A stretch of 64,000 nt of DNA, taken from Leucoraja ocellata. Taxonomy: Eukaryota. Under the pieces are notes generated by a model. That model saw only the letters and a list, made by a program, of their open reading frames with translations, was not told the DNA's origin and ran no database searches. The DNA is taken from NCBI GenBank assembly GCA_036785375.1, contig JAWMAR010000384.1:248001-312000 (forward strand), given 5' to 3'. Below are positions 10,280 to 22,964 of the stretch, piece by piece; the stretch's first letter is position 1, and the number at the start of each line of letters is the position of its first letter. Made by a program: the position numbers and the translations under genes.

Positions 10280-11705
10280 TTCAAAAATATGATGTCTTGA
10301 ATTGATACATTTGGAAATAAAATTCACGCACAGAGATTACATGTCTGTTTTTTTGATAGATGTATTCAGTAACAGCAAATGCACAATGTAATGTAATAAG
10401 GAGAGGAGAGCAATAATGTCTCATATATCTGCCCTGCATTGCTCGACTATTTTGTACCAAAACAATGATATCCTAAATATGCATTAATACATTAGTAAAT
10501 ATGCTGAGCAAAAGTTTTAACTTCAGCAAATTAACTTTACAACAGTTAGGACGGAAACGATGCAGTACACGAAGACTTTATTCGCCATGGTTTTGTTTCC
10601 AGGCCATGGCGCCTAATTAAACTAATCCAAGTTTGTCTTTTTAAAGTAATTCTAGGTGGGTTACGGCGGGAAAGAACAATGAATGGCTATGAAAGGAACT
10701 ACATATACTGGTGTACACTGAAGATAAAGACGAAATGCTGGAGTAACTCAGCGGGACAGGCAGCATCGCTGGATATATGGACTGCCCTTCAGTGTGAAGA
10801 AGGGTCACCCATTCCTTCTATCCAGAGATTCTGCCTGTCCCGATGAGTTACACCAATATTTGTGTCTATCTGTTTAAGAAAGAACTGCAGATGCTGGAAA
10901 ATTGAAGGTACACAAAAATGCTGGAGAAACTCAGCGGGTGCAGCAGCATCTATGGAGCGAAGGAAATAGGGAACGTTTCGGGCCAAAACCTGAAGTCTGA
11001 AGAAGTGTTTCGGCCCGAAACGTTGCCTATCTCCTTCGCTCCATAGATGCTGCTGCACCCGCTGAGTTTCTCCAGCATTTTTGTGTAGCTTTGTGTGTAT
11101 CTTCAGTGTAAACCAGTATTTGTAGTTCCTTGCTACGTACTTCCGTGAACCGTGGTTATTTTTTTTGTCAAAGACCTGGTCTCACATTTAAAAGCATATC
11201 AGTGACTGTCTCCGTTACTACATACCAGATTGACATAGGATTTTCTCTTGGCCGATTTTAAACATTGCATATTTTTTTACATTCTAAACGGGGTTCAATG
11301 ATAGTTATTCGCGAGCAAGTGCAAATGCAACGCGTCAGCTGTAAGTTTATGGAAGCGTTAATTCGCAACCACCCAATTATGTGCAGAGTCACCTTCTCTG
11401 ATTATATTTTCAGGACAGTGACAATGTTGCCACTGTCGTAGTCCAGTGCTCCAGTAGGGTACTCCAGTACTATAGACTTCATTAAGACTGCTTCTGGAGT
11501 ACACAACTCGCCGGAAAATTAAAACCGATCAAGTAAGATGGGAAAGTTTGCATTGGTTTGTAGAGGGCCAGTGCAACAACAACCGGAGAGTGCTAGGTAA
11601 ATAAAGCAGAAGAAAATTGCTGGAGGAACTCGGGTGGTTAGTGGCTCTGGTGGCAAATAAACTGTCAACGTTTGGGGATCGAGTGCATGCATCCGGATTG
11701 TTTGT

Positions 11706-11839
11706 NNNNNNNNNNNNNNNNNNNNNNNNNNNNNNNNNNNNNNNNNNNNNNNNNNNNNNNNNNNNNNNNNNNNNNNNNNNNNNNNNNNNNNNNNNNNNNN
11801 NNNNNNNNNNNNNNNNNNNNNNNNNNNNNNNNNNNNNNN
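11706..11839. other. Assembly gap (134 N)
   Basis: N run. Confidence 0.99.
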
Positions 11840-12409
11840 GTCCAGACAAGGGGCAACATTACATTAAAAATGCATTGCATATCAAATATTATAAATGCAT
11901 ATAAAATCTTGGTATATCACTTATAAAAACATCATAATTTATTTATTTTTTAAACACAATACTTAAGTTAAAAATCCAGATTAAAAGATGATCAATGTCC
12001 TACAACGAGACAACGATACCAGTGTCTCAACAGCTGGGATTCGTAGCGTGTAGTGCTAACCCTTATGTTTGTCAAGGCCACAATAAGCACATTTTTAGAG
12101 TCATTTGTCCTGCAAATGAATTTATACATGTGGTGTCTTAGGATAGCTTCTAAAGCACTGACTCCTGCAGCCACAAACATATTACTGACACTACACCATC
12201 TAGGTTGCCTTAGCAGTGTTCTCATGGCACCGTTACATGACACCTTTAGTCTCTGCATACTTGTCTTTAAATAGTTCGATCACAGGTGCGCAGTGTAGAG
12301 TGGTGTGCAGTATGCTCTAAATAGCGACATCTTCACCACATCTGCACACGCACCAAATTTACGCAAGAGGATATTCGCCTTTACATACAGCATGCGTCGT
12401 TGCCTATAA
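11840..12409 (-). mobile_element. 3' fragment of a non-CR1 non-LTR retrotransposon (RTE-X-like), present only in unit A
   Basis: RQRRMLYVKANILLRKFGAC...SLFRAYCTPLYTAHL and RLKVSCNGAMRTLLRQPRWCSVSNMFV resemble post-RT C-termini of RTE-X elements; empty site at ~27420. Clade assignment from memory. Confidence 0.65.
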
Positions 12410-14374
12410 CGAGCTAAGAGCGTGGGTGAGACCGGGGCTAGCTGGTGAAAAGTGGAATTAGTTAAGAAGGGCAGAAGGTGCCATGTTAAAGAGGGGGAGT
12501 GATAGAATCGGGAGAAAGCAGCTGGTGGGTGGGCGATAGAGACTGATGTGGGGAGAGAAGCAAAAATGAGAAAATAGGCCGGGGGGTGGGGGGAAGGGGG
12601 TGGATTTAGACACAGAAGGTGGAAGATGATGAGCAGAGACACGGGAGGCTGCATTTACAGAAACTGATAGTGGAGAAAGTGAGGGTTGGTGGGCACATGG
12701 AACCAGTTGAACAAGGTGTAGGAGAAAGAAAGTTGTGTAGATCTGTTTAAAAGTTCATAATTTAATCAATTATGGAAATACACAGCCGTGTATCAAACTG
12801 GGATAGACACAAAGAGCTGTAGTAACTCAGCGGGACAGGCAGCATCTCTGGAGAGAAGGAATGGGTGATCAAGAAGGGTCTCGACCCGGAACGTCAATCA
12901 TTCCTTCTCTCCAGAGATGCTGCCTGTCCCGCTGAGTTACTCCAGCTTTTTGTGTCTATCTTCGGTTTAAACAAGCATCTGCAGTTCTTCCCCACACATA
13001 TTATCTCACTGGGATAGTTTACATTCGAAAGGAAGGGATAAATGAGATGGTTTTCACTGGAAATGAGATTGATAACAGGATTCAGCATTGAGATGTCACC
13101 ATGATGATAGGATATGTCACTATGACGATAATAGTCACTATGACGATTAAAAAAAAAACGATTCCCCAATGGGTGAGATGGTGCCCGTCAAATCAAATTG
13201 AATGAACTATGGGCTAGCAGTTAGATCGGAAGCAGGGGGCGGGATGCAATAATCCAGGGTTTTCTCATTGGCTGGTTAAGCGGAGTTCCATTCCAGTCAG
13301 GAGAGGCGCAGATCGTAAAACGTTACGATGGGGAATAAACTGGGTGAAAACAAGAAACAAACGGATTAAGTCAGTCAGCAAAATAATAGCACGTGGATTT
13401 GACCGTGGAGAATTAATAAATCGTCTGCGGTCCCAGGATTTCTGAGTGAGGTCCCTGCGTGCTTAATGGACTTGGAAGGGCATTTTGAACGGCCAAAACT
13501 GTCCCCGAAACGAGCTTGATCGAAGCTGATCCTTGAAAATTATGACGCGTGCGATGTGATGGGTTCCCCCTAACCCCCGCCCCCCTCCCCCCCTCCCCCC
13601 CGCCCCCCTCCACCCCCAATCCCCCAGTGAGCTCCAATTTCTCAACAAACCCCAGGGTCGTGCTAATTGGCCACTGTAACTTTCAGTTAATGGAGGAGCA
13701 TTAATTGACATTGTGGGCGAATAGATCACGAGGAAATAAGAAGGAGAGCGGGATGGATTGGGTTGTTCTCTGACCTGCGAACACTCCCATCCATGGCGTT
13801 GTCAAATCTGGAATCGACGCATGAAAATATCAAGCTGTCACCCGGCGTCCATATATGGGACCTCCCATTAATGTGGAATTATTGACATTTATTTTCGATC
13901 ATTCTGCTGAGAGCTTTTGTTATTTAAGTTATTCAAGTGGAAAATTTACTTACTCCTGGCCTACTCCTGCACCTATTGTCTATTGTCTATTGTCTATTGT
14001 GGGTGACACCAAAGAAAGAGGAACTCATTATTATCGGTAGACATAAATGGTCGATTAACTCAGCGGGACAGGCAGCGTTTCTGGAGAGAGGGAATGGGTG
14101 TCGTTTTGGGTTAAGACCCTTCATCAGACCCTTCGTCAGCTTCATGTAAAATAACTCCAAAGTGATACATTGACCACGAATGACAGCACACGCACGTTGA
14201 TTGAATGTAATGAATCCAAACCTTACGAAATTAATCTACTTTAATTATTTAAGAGAAAGGAATTCTGTAGGTTAGGTAGTGAAAAACCTAGAAATTAATT
14301 GTTCAGCAATGTCATGCGTAGAGCTGTTAGAATGTGAAAATGAATCCCATCAAGATATTTCGAATTTGGTCATT

Positions 14375-17000
14375 TAATAAGGAATAGGAGTCCAATTGGG
14401 CCATTCGGCCCATCAAGTCTACTCGACCATTCAATCGTGGCTAATCTATCACTCTCCCCTTACCCCATTCTACTACCTTCTCCCCATAACCGCTGACACC
14501 TATGAATTTGTGTATATATTTGGTATCAAAACATATACCAATGCATGGTTATCAAATAAATGAACATGCGCCAACGTGGATCACATTCCACCTTATTCTA
14601 AATTTTGGGTAGCCACCAGAGAGGAAACACAGTCGTCAACTACCACAATGAACTCCCTCAATAGCAAGAATGTCCTTCCTCAAATTTGGACACCAAAACT
14701 GCACAGGGCCCTGAACAACTGCAGAAGAACCTCTTTGTTGCTATACTCAACTCCTCTTGTGATGAAGGCCAACATGTCATTCGCTTTTCTCGCTGCCTGC
14801 TGTACCTGCATGCTTGCTTTCATTGATTGATGAACAAGGACCCCAGATCCCATTGTACATCCCCTTTTCCCAACTTGACACCATTTAGACAATAATCTGC
14901 CTTCCTGTTATGCCACCTCACATCTATCCACATTAAACTGCATCTGCCATGCATCTGCCCACTCACCCAACCTGCCCAAGTCACTCTGCATCCTCATAGC
15001 ATCCTCCTCACAGTTCACACTGCCAACAAGCTTTGTGTCATCTGCAAATTTCCTAATGTTATTTTCAATCCCTTCATCTAAATCATTAATATATATTGTA
15101 AATAGCTGCGGTCCCAGCACCTAGCCTTGCGGTACCCCACTAGTCACTGCGTACCATTCTGAAAGGGACCCGTTAATCCCTACTCTTTGTTTCCTGCCTG
15201 CCAACCAATTTTCTATCCATGTCAGCACCCTTCCCCCAATACCATGTGCTCTAATTTTCCCCACTAATCTCCTATGTGGGACCTTGTCAAATGTTTTCTG
15301 AAAGTCCAGGTACACTACATCCACTGAATCTCCCTTGTCCATTTTCCCAGTTACATCCGCAAAAAAATCCAGAAGATTAGTCAGGCATGATTTCCCCTTC
15401 GTAAATCCATGCTGACTCGGACCGATCCTGCTACTGCGATCCAAATGTGCTGCTATTTCATCTTTTATAATTGAATCCAGCGTCTTCCCCACCACCGATG
15501 TCAGGCTAACTGGACTATAATTCCCTGTTTTCTCTCTCCCGCCTTTCTTAAAAAGTGGGATAACATTAGCCACCCTCCAATCCACATGAACTGATCCTTT
15601 CTATAGAAGATTGGAAAATGATCACCAATGCATCCACGATTCCTAGAGCCACTTAAGTACCCTGGGATGCAGACCATCAGGCCCTGGGGATTTATCAGCC
15701 TTCAGTCCCACCAACACCATTTCCTGCCTAATGTGAATTTCCTTCAGTTCCTCCATCAGCCTGGTTCCTCTGGCCACTACGATATCAGAAAGATTGCTTG
15801 TGTCCTCCATAGTTGTTTGTGAATGACCCACTACATGGATTAATAAGGGTTAATCCACATTAGTGAAGGATCCAAAGTACCTGTTCAACTCGTCTGCCAT
15901 CTCCTTCTTCCCTATACTAAATTCGCCCTGTTCAGTCTTCAAGGGTCCAACTTTGGTCTTAACTAAATTTTCCCTCTTCACATACCTAAAGAAGCTTTTA
16001 CTATCCTCCTTTATATTCCTGGCTAGCTTACCTTCGTACCTCATATTTTCTCTACGTACTGCCTTTTTAGTTATCTTCTGTTGCTCTTTAAAAGTTACCC
16101 AATCCTCTGGCTTCCCGCTTATCTTTGCTATGTTGTACTTTTCTTTTCTTTTATACTTTCCCCGACTTCCCTTGTCAACCACGGTCGCCTCTTACTCCCC
16201 TTGGAATCTTTCTTCCTCTTTGGAATGAACTGATCCTGCACCTTCTGTATTATTTCCAGAAATACCTACCATTGTTGTTCCACTGTCATCCCTGCTAGGG
16301 TATCTTTCCAGTCAACTTGGCCAGCTCCTCCTTCATGGCTCCATATTCCCCTTTGTTCAACTGTAACACTGACACCTCCGATTTACCCTTCTCCCTCTCA
16401 AATTGTAGATTAAAACGTATCATATTATGGTCACTACCTCCTAATGTCTCCTTTGCCTCGTGTTCCTTTATCAAATCCGGTTCCTTACACAACATTAAAT
16501 CCAAAATTGCCTTCTTCCTGGTAGGCTCCAGTAACTCCCTTTCTTGGGGTTCAGAACCAACCTGATTTCCCCAGTCCACCTGCATGCTGAAATCTCCCAT
16601 AGCAACCTTTACAACATGCCAATTTTAACTCTTGATTCAAACCTGCACCCTATATCCAGGCTATTGTTTGGGGGGCCTGTAGATGACACACATTAAGGTC
16701 TTTTTACCCTTAATATTGCTCAGTTCCATCCATACTGACTCTACATTTACTGATTCTATGTCACCCCCCGCAAGGGACTGAATTTAATTCCCCACCAACA
16801 GAGCTACCCCACTCCCTCTGCCCACCTGTCTGTTTTTCATTAGGACGTATATAATTGAATATTCAGTTCCCAGCCCTGGTCCTCTTGCATCCATGTCTCT
16901 GTAATTCCCACAACATCATACTTGTCCATTTCTGGCTCAAGCTCATCCACTTTATTTCTTATACTTCGCGCAATACAACACCTTGACTTCGTTATCCACC
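14375..17000 (-). mobile_element. Long degenerate CR1 LINE (endonuclease to RT, frameshifted)
   Basis: Fragments GDF...LGGSDHNMIRF (APE), KSPGPDGLHPRVLK, DFQKTFDKVPH, GVPQG, KFADDTKL; boundaries approximate. Confidence 0.9.
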
Positions 17001-20000
17001 TCCCCTCTCACTCCGGTCACTATTCGCCCTGACCTTACTCTCTTTCCCTTCTCGAACATTCCTTCACATTAATTCGGGAGTCTTATGTAACTTTTCCTGT
17101 ACTCACTTCCGCATTAACTCTATCTTTATACTAATTTGTCAATCCCTCCCCCCCCCCCCCCCCACCCCCATTCCGCTGACTAGTTAGAACGCAACAAAAG
17201 CTTTTCACTGTACCTCGATACACGTGACAATATACTAAACTCGAACTCCTAGTAGAGGTTGCTATTGAATCAGCCGGTGCTTTTGAATGACGGAGAATTT
17301 TCAGGTGCTAAGCATCTCAAATTTGTTACAAATTGTATTTTCTGAAGCATATCAGCGATTCGTGGAGTTTGTGATCATCTGATAGCTTCATGGTTACCGT
17401 CGCCCCAAGCAAAGATGATATTTTTCCCAATTAGCTTTTAATTTCAGATTTCTTGCAAGTCATTACTAATTCAAACCCGCAAACAGTGGAACATAATGTC
17501 TGAAGTAACTAACACACATTTTCTTATGCTATTACTTCGCGTGTGCCAGATGTTCTTACACCGGTAGGTGGTGATGTTGTAGACCTTAAACCTCCGTCTA
17601 GAAGATTATCGATAGAAAGATAACTAAGAAATTAATATTGAATTGCTAAACTTGCTATTGTGTTGTACTGCTTACGGCCGCAAGAACGTGTAGCAATCAA
17701 TAAAGGGCTATAGGCCGATTGTGAGTTTATGTACAGGGACATATCTATCCATGCACTGTATACTTGTATTTATACTTATGCATCTTAAATATGCATGTCA
17801 TGTTTTATACTTTGGCAATATAACAATGTATTTTTTTATTATGCCAATAACGTTTTTAAATTGAAATTAAAATTGAAATTGATAAATGTCTTCGGAAGCC
17901 GCGCCCGTAATAAGTCCGAGGAAAGATCTGGACTCAAAACATCACCTATTCCCTTTCTCCAGAGGTGCTGCCAACCCCGCTGAGGTACTCCAGCTTTTTA
18001 TGTCTTTCTTCCCTGAATACACAAGGTCGAATAGTCTGCGCACTGCAATCTTTTATAGGCTTTGTCGAATTCATGCGCTTCGATTTTTCAAAATGTTTCT
18101 ACCCCTTTGTACTCGGCGCGGGTGTTTTCCAGTCGACTAAAGTTCCCAGATCCGACTGGCTCAGATTGGAACAACAGCAGCAGGAGCGCCAACAACACGT
18201 GCTGTGCATGGGTCAAAGAAAGCATCACGTTAAAATCTTCGCCCTCTGTCCGAACTCACGAGAGATTGTCTATATTTCCGAAGGCCTTTGACTATCAGAA
18301 ATATTTATCAACTGGTAAATCAGGGCCATTCAATTAAATAAGGAAAAAAAGTGAAAGGCAAGAAATTATTATTACCGACGTAAAACAATGGTAATAATTT
18401 AAAACATTTAAAAAAATAATAAAAGCAATTTCAGATGTTGCACACCGGGACAAAAAAAAACAAATTGCTGGAGGATCTCAGAAGGTTTGGCAGCATCAAA
18501 TAAAACAAACCACCATATTTTAACCTAACTTCCGCTCGCTTTATACGCCAGAGAATGAGCTGGCTAATCCTATACCGCCCGATCGCCGACAAGATTTCAG
18601 CGTGTGTGTGTGTGTGTGTGTGTAAATGCTGTGGAATCTCGAGATCTATAGTGGTCGAGGCCCCGGACAAAATGGCTGATGGAGGTATCAAACATTTTTT
18701 ATGGTTGGATTTTCACTAAAGTTCTTCAAAAAGTCCTTTAACTTAAAGCCAGAGGTCATGGGATCAATGCTGTGTCGGAGATTAGTTTAGTTTAGTGTAG
18801 AGATACAGCGTGGAAACAGGCCCTTAACCCCATCGAGTCCACACCAACGATCGATTTACCTATCACAGGATATTTTCGAATGGGTACCGAGGGTTGCTTT
18901 CTATACACCATCTACCCCTCCACCTATTATCTATCATCTGCACACTTTCCCACAAAGCCTTCCATCCCCATGTCCAAATCATTAATATACAATGTGAAGA
19001 GTAGCGGCTCCAACACCAACCCTTGCGGAACTCCATGAGTCACTGGCAGCCAACGAGAAAAAGCTGCATTTAATCCCACTCTTCGTCTTCAGCCATCCAG
19101 GCAACCTGCTATCCGTGCTAGTATCTGCCTATTGATACCCTGGGCTCTCATCTTCCTATGCAGCCTAACATGTGGCACCTTATCAAAGGCTTTCTGAAAA
19201 TCTATATAAGCAACATCTGCTGGATCTCCTTTGTCTGTCCTGTTATTTACTTATTCAAATAATTCCAGCAAACTTGTCAAGCAAGATCTCCTCTTCACAA
19301 AGCCATGCTGACTTTAGCCTATTTTATCGTGAACTTCTAAATACTCTGTAACCTCATCCTTCATAATGGACTCTAAAACCTTACCAACCAAAGCCAGTTT
19401 AACCGGCCTATAGTTCCACCTATTCTGCATTGCTCCCGTGTAAAATATGTTCCCCTAGACTGCACTCAAGGCATTAATAACATTACTTAAAAAATGAGAC
19501 TAATACTAAGTGGTATACTAAAGGTATGATTGCGGCAATTGTCAACTTCTCAAAAGCACATCCTTCTATTTTCATTCAATCGTCCAGCAAAGAAAAATAG
19601 CATTGTGTTATTTTTTTTTAATTACTTGGTACCCGCATTACATGCTTTGATGTATCGTGGACATCCCTAATGGTTTACACAGCATAATTATATAATGAAT
19701 AGAGAGGAGACAAGATGGTGCAGTATTGTTTGGTAATCCCGGTGTGGGTCGGGAGTGCAAAAGAGATTGAACAGCGCACATCGAAACAGGAAAGTGTTCA
19801 CTTTATAGAGACTGAAGAGAGTGCTTTTGGTGGAATCTTAATGGGAACTCAAAGTGCTGGAGGAACTCAGTGGGGCAGGCTACTTCTGGGGAATTAAATT
19901 GACAGATAACAGTTCGGATTAGGACCACTGTTCAAATGGATGTTAATGTTATGGATAGCATCAGAAGTGAAAGAAGAATAAATGGGAGATTAAAAATGGA

Positions 20001-20849
20001 GTCAAAGGAGGAAATTGATCGAACGCCAGCTAACATAACACCCCTACTTAATTGAGGCTGTGAAATAATGATTTCCCGAATAAACCAAGCGCCATGGATC
20101 TGAAACGTCACCTCTACTTCTGTGGTCATAGGTGCCATCTGACCTACTAACTGTTTCCAGCCTTTGCTGTTTATTTCCTATATACAGCCTTTTCATTCAT
20201 AATTACGTGTTTCTTGCACAATTTAATTGGAATAAGTGAAGGAATCATAATAATTTCCATTCATAAACTTCACTGAAATAAATTGCAAAGCCCGCCTCCA
20301 GATGTGTCATCTATTACAACTGTAAAAAAAAACTCACTACATCGGAAAGTCTCCAATATTTTTTAATAATCATATGATATTAAAGGAAACACGCGATGAA
20401 ACATTTTACTCAAATGGATCAGTTGGCGTTCCTGTGCCGCGTTTTCTCAGAGCGGATTACTCTCTGAATGTAAATGCAGCCAAATGTCCAGCGACGGAGC
20501 GCAAAGCTAACATGGTTGGTGGAACTTGGTGGTGTAGTTTGTGACTTCCGCATACAATCTAACGTCCGAAAACGTCACGGAACTGATCAGCATCGATATC
20601 AACCATTTAGCCAGTACCAATTGAAGGACAAGATGTGTTGAACTGAATGAGTACCATTCCAAGTCACGCGTGCCTTCTGTTTTCATTCAATCGCCCAGCA
20701 AAGAAAAATAGCATTGTGTTAACGTTTTTAATTACTTGGTACCCGCATTATATTCTTTGGTGTATCATGGACATCCTCTAACCGTTTACAAACAATAGTT
20801 ATTTATTGAATAGAGTCTGAGGAGACAAGATGGTGCAGTATTGTTTGGT

Positions 20850-21510
20850 CAAGAAAGCGAATGGTATGTTAGCATTCATGGCAAAAGGATTTGAGTATAG
20901 GCGGAGGGAGGTTCTACTGCAGTTGTACAGGGACTTGGTGAGACCACACCTGGAGTATTGCGTACAGTTTTGGTCTCGTAATCTGAGGAAATACATTCTT
21001 GCCATAGAGGGAGTACAGAGAAGGTTCGCCAGACTGATTCCTGGGATGGCAGGACTTTCATATGAAGAAAGACTGGATAGACTCGGCTTGTACTAGCTAG
21101 AATTTAGAAGATTGAGGGGGGGATCTTATAGAAACTTACAACATTCTTAAGGGGTTAGACATGCTAGATGCAGGAAGATTATTCCCGATGTTGGGGAAGT
21201 CCAGAACAAGGGGGTCACAGTTTAAGCATAAGGGGGAAGTCTTTTAGGACCGAAATGAGAACATCATTTTTTACACAGAGAGTGGTGAATCTGGAATTCT
21301 CTGCCACATAAGGTAGTTGAGGCCAGTTCATTGGCTATATTTAAGAGGGAGTTAGATGTGGCCCTTGTGGCTAAAGGGATCAGGGGGTATGGAGAGAAGG
21401 CAGGTACAGGATACTGAGTTGGATGATCAGCCATGATCATATTGAATAGCGGTGCAGGCTCGAAGGGCCGAATGGCCTACTCCTGCGCCTATTTTCTATG
21501 TTTTCTATGT
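20850..21510 (+). mobile_element. CR1 LINE 3' fragment (duplicate of 4309-4974)
   Basis: ORF 20830..21096; same position in unit B. Confidence 0.9.
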
Positions 21511-22770
21511 GCCTATCCACTCCTCAGAATGACCTCACGGGCCAGACTGGTTTAAGAAATTGTTAGACATGTACATTGATCGGACAGGTTTGGAGGGATA
21601 TGGACCAAGCGCAGGCAAGTGGGACTAGTGTAGCTGGGGCTCTGTTAGCTGGTGTGTGCAAGTTGGGCCGAAGGGCCTGTTTCCACACTGTAGCCCTCTA
21701 TGACTCTATGACTCAGTTTTCTAAACTCTGTAATTTCTCGACAATGATCTCAGCCTACCCAATTGCGCCAATTTAACTCCAAAGTTTCCAAGTGTCCTTA
21801 TTTTCTGATTTGTTGTTTTACCCATTCAGAAATATGTTTCACTATATTATTGCCCACAATGATAAATCCTTCAATGGGCCTTTTGTTTTGTCAAATGCGT
21901 TTCAAGGATTTATCGTGTTTTCATGTAATTGTGCAAAACGCAACTGTCTTTCACATATCTTCATTGCAATGATACTCCGCGTCTTCTTTTCCCTTCTCCA
22001 TCAATCTGCCCCGAACATTTCGAGTTGACAATTGAAGTATTATTGCTTTCATTAATGTCGATGAATACGGAAATCGCGGGAGCGTCCTCTGAATTGTTAG
22101 CTCGTCACACAGTATTATAACCTACAAATATACATATACACGTTGAGAATTGTTTTGAAGCTTAAACTCTCCAAGCACAAAATATATGGTGATTTGCCGC
22201 AAAGCTTATGCGGTGCCATCGAAAACCTGCACGATTCATAGCATGTTATCTGTATGGGTAACAACTGCAAAGAAAATAATGGTTTATAAAGTTTCCACAA
22301 ATTAAGGCTAAAATTAATTTCAAAAATCTCCGTAAAATCTTCAACGTTTTTTTTTCACTCCTTCCAGCTCGGAATCAAAAATACGAAGTTGAAAATTGGA
22401 AATCTGAAACGAAAACAGTATATGGAGGTGACACTCGGTAGCATCTGTGAAGAGCTGGTTTCTTTGGGTTTGGTGAAGCTTTATTGACTTAACAAAAGGT
22501 TCCGTCCTTTTTCCCTTCACGTGTATTCTCTGAGGTGTTGAGCATCCTTAGTATTTTCTGTTTCTGCACAAAATATATCTGCCTGCCTAACCACTGACTA
22601 CAAATCAGTTCCTACATCTGGCCATGCAGTTTGCCACTCTTCTGTTCTCCTCTATGATTCTAACTGTACCCCTTCCCCCCCCCCCCCCTCCGCCCTCTAC
22701 CCTACGCTCAAGCACAGAAAAAAGCCCGATGATTTGTCAATATCGCTCCACAATGATCCAGTAATTCGAT

Positions 22771-22841
22771 GTCACGTGGATAGTGATTTGCATGAATAAT
22801 TAAAACTCGGTGACGTTGTGATGTCGAGTAGTTCTTAAGGG
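22771..22841 (+). promoter_or_regulatory. Ig V promoter, cluster 2 (E-box, octamer 22786-22793, TGACGT, TATA-like)
   Basis: Copy of the cluster 1 promoter at offset +16555. Confidence 0.85.
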
Positions 22842-22915
22842 GAGATTTCTCAAGAACCAGAAACGGACTTCTGTCGGAAAACGTTTAGATTCTGACCCTC
22901 GCCATCTCCTTCACC

Positions 22916-22964
22916 ATGTCTGAATGGATTCGCGTTCTGGCCGCGTTCGTGTTCTGCTTCCATA
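22916..22964 (+). CDS. IGL: IgL cluster 2 leader exon
   Basis: Identical to the cluster 1 leader; GTAAGT donor. Confidence 0.9.

Larger units (their letters stand above)
2897..19437. repeat. Tandem segmental duplication unit A (contains IgL cluster 1)
   Basis: Colinear and, by eye, only a few percent divergent from 19438-34303, with several large indels. Confidence 0.9.
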
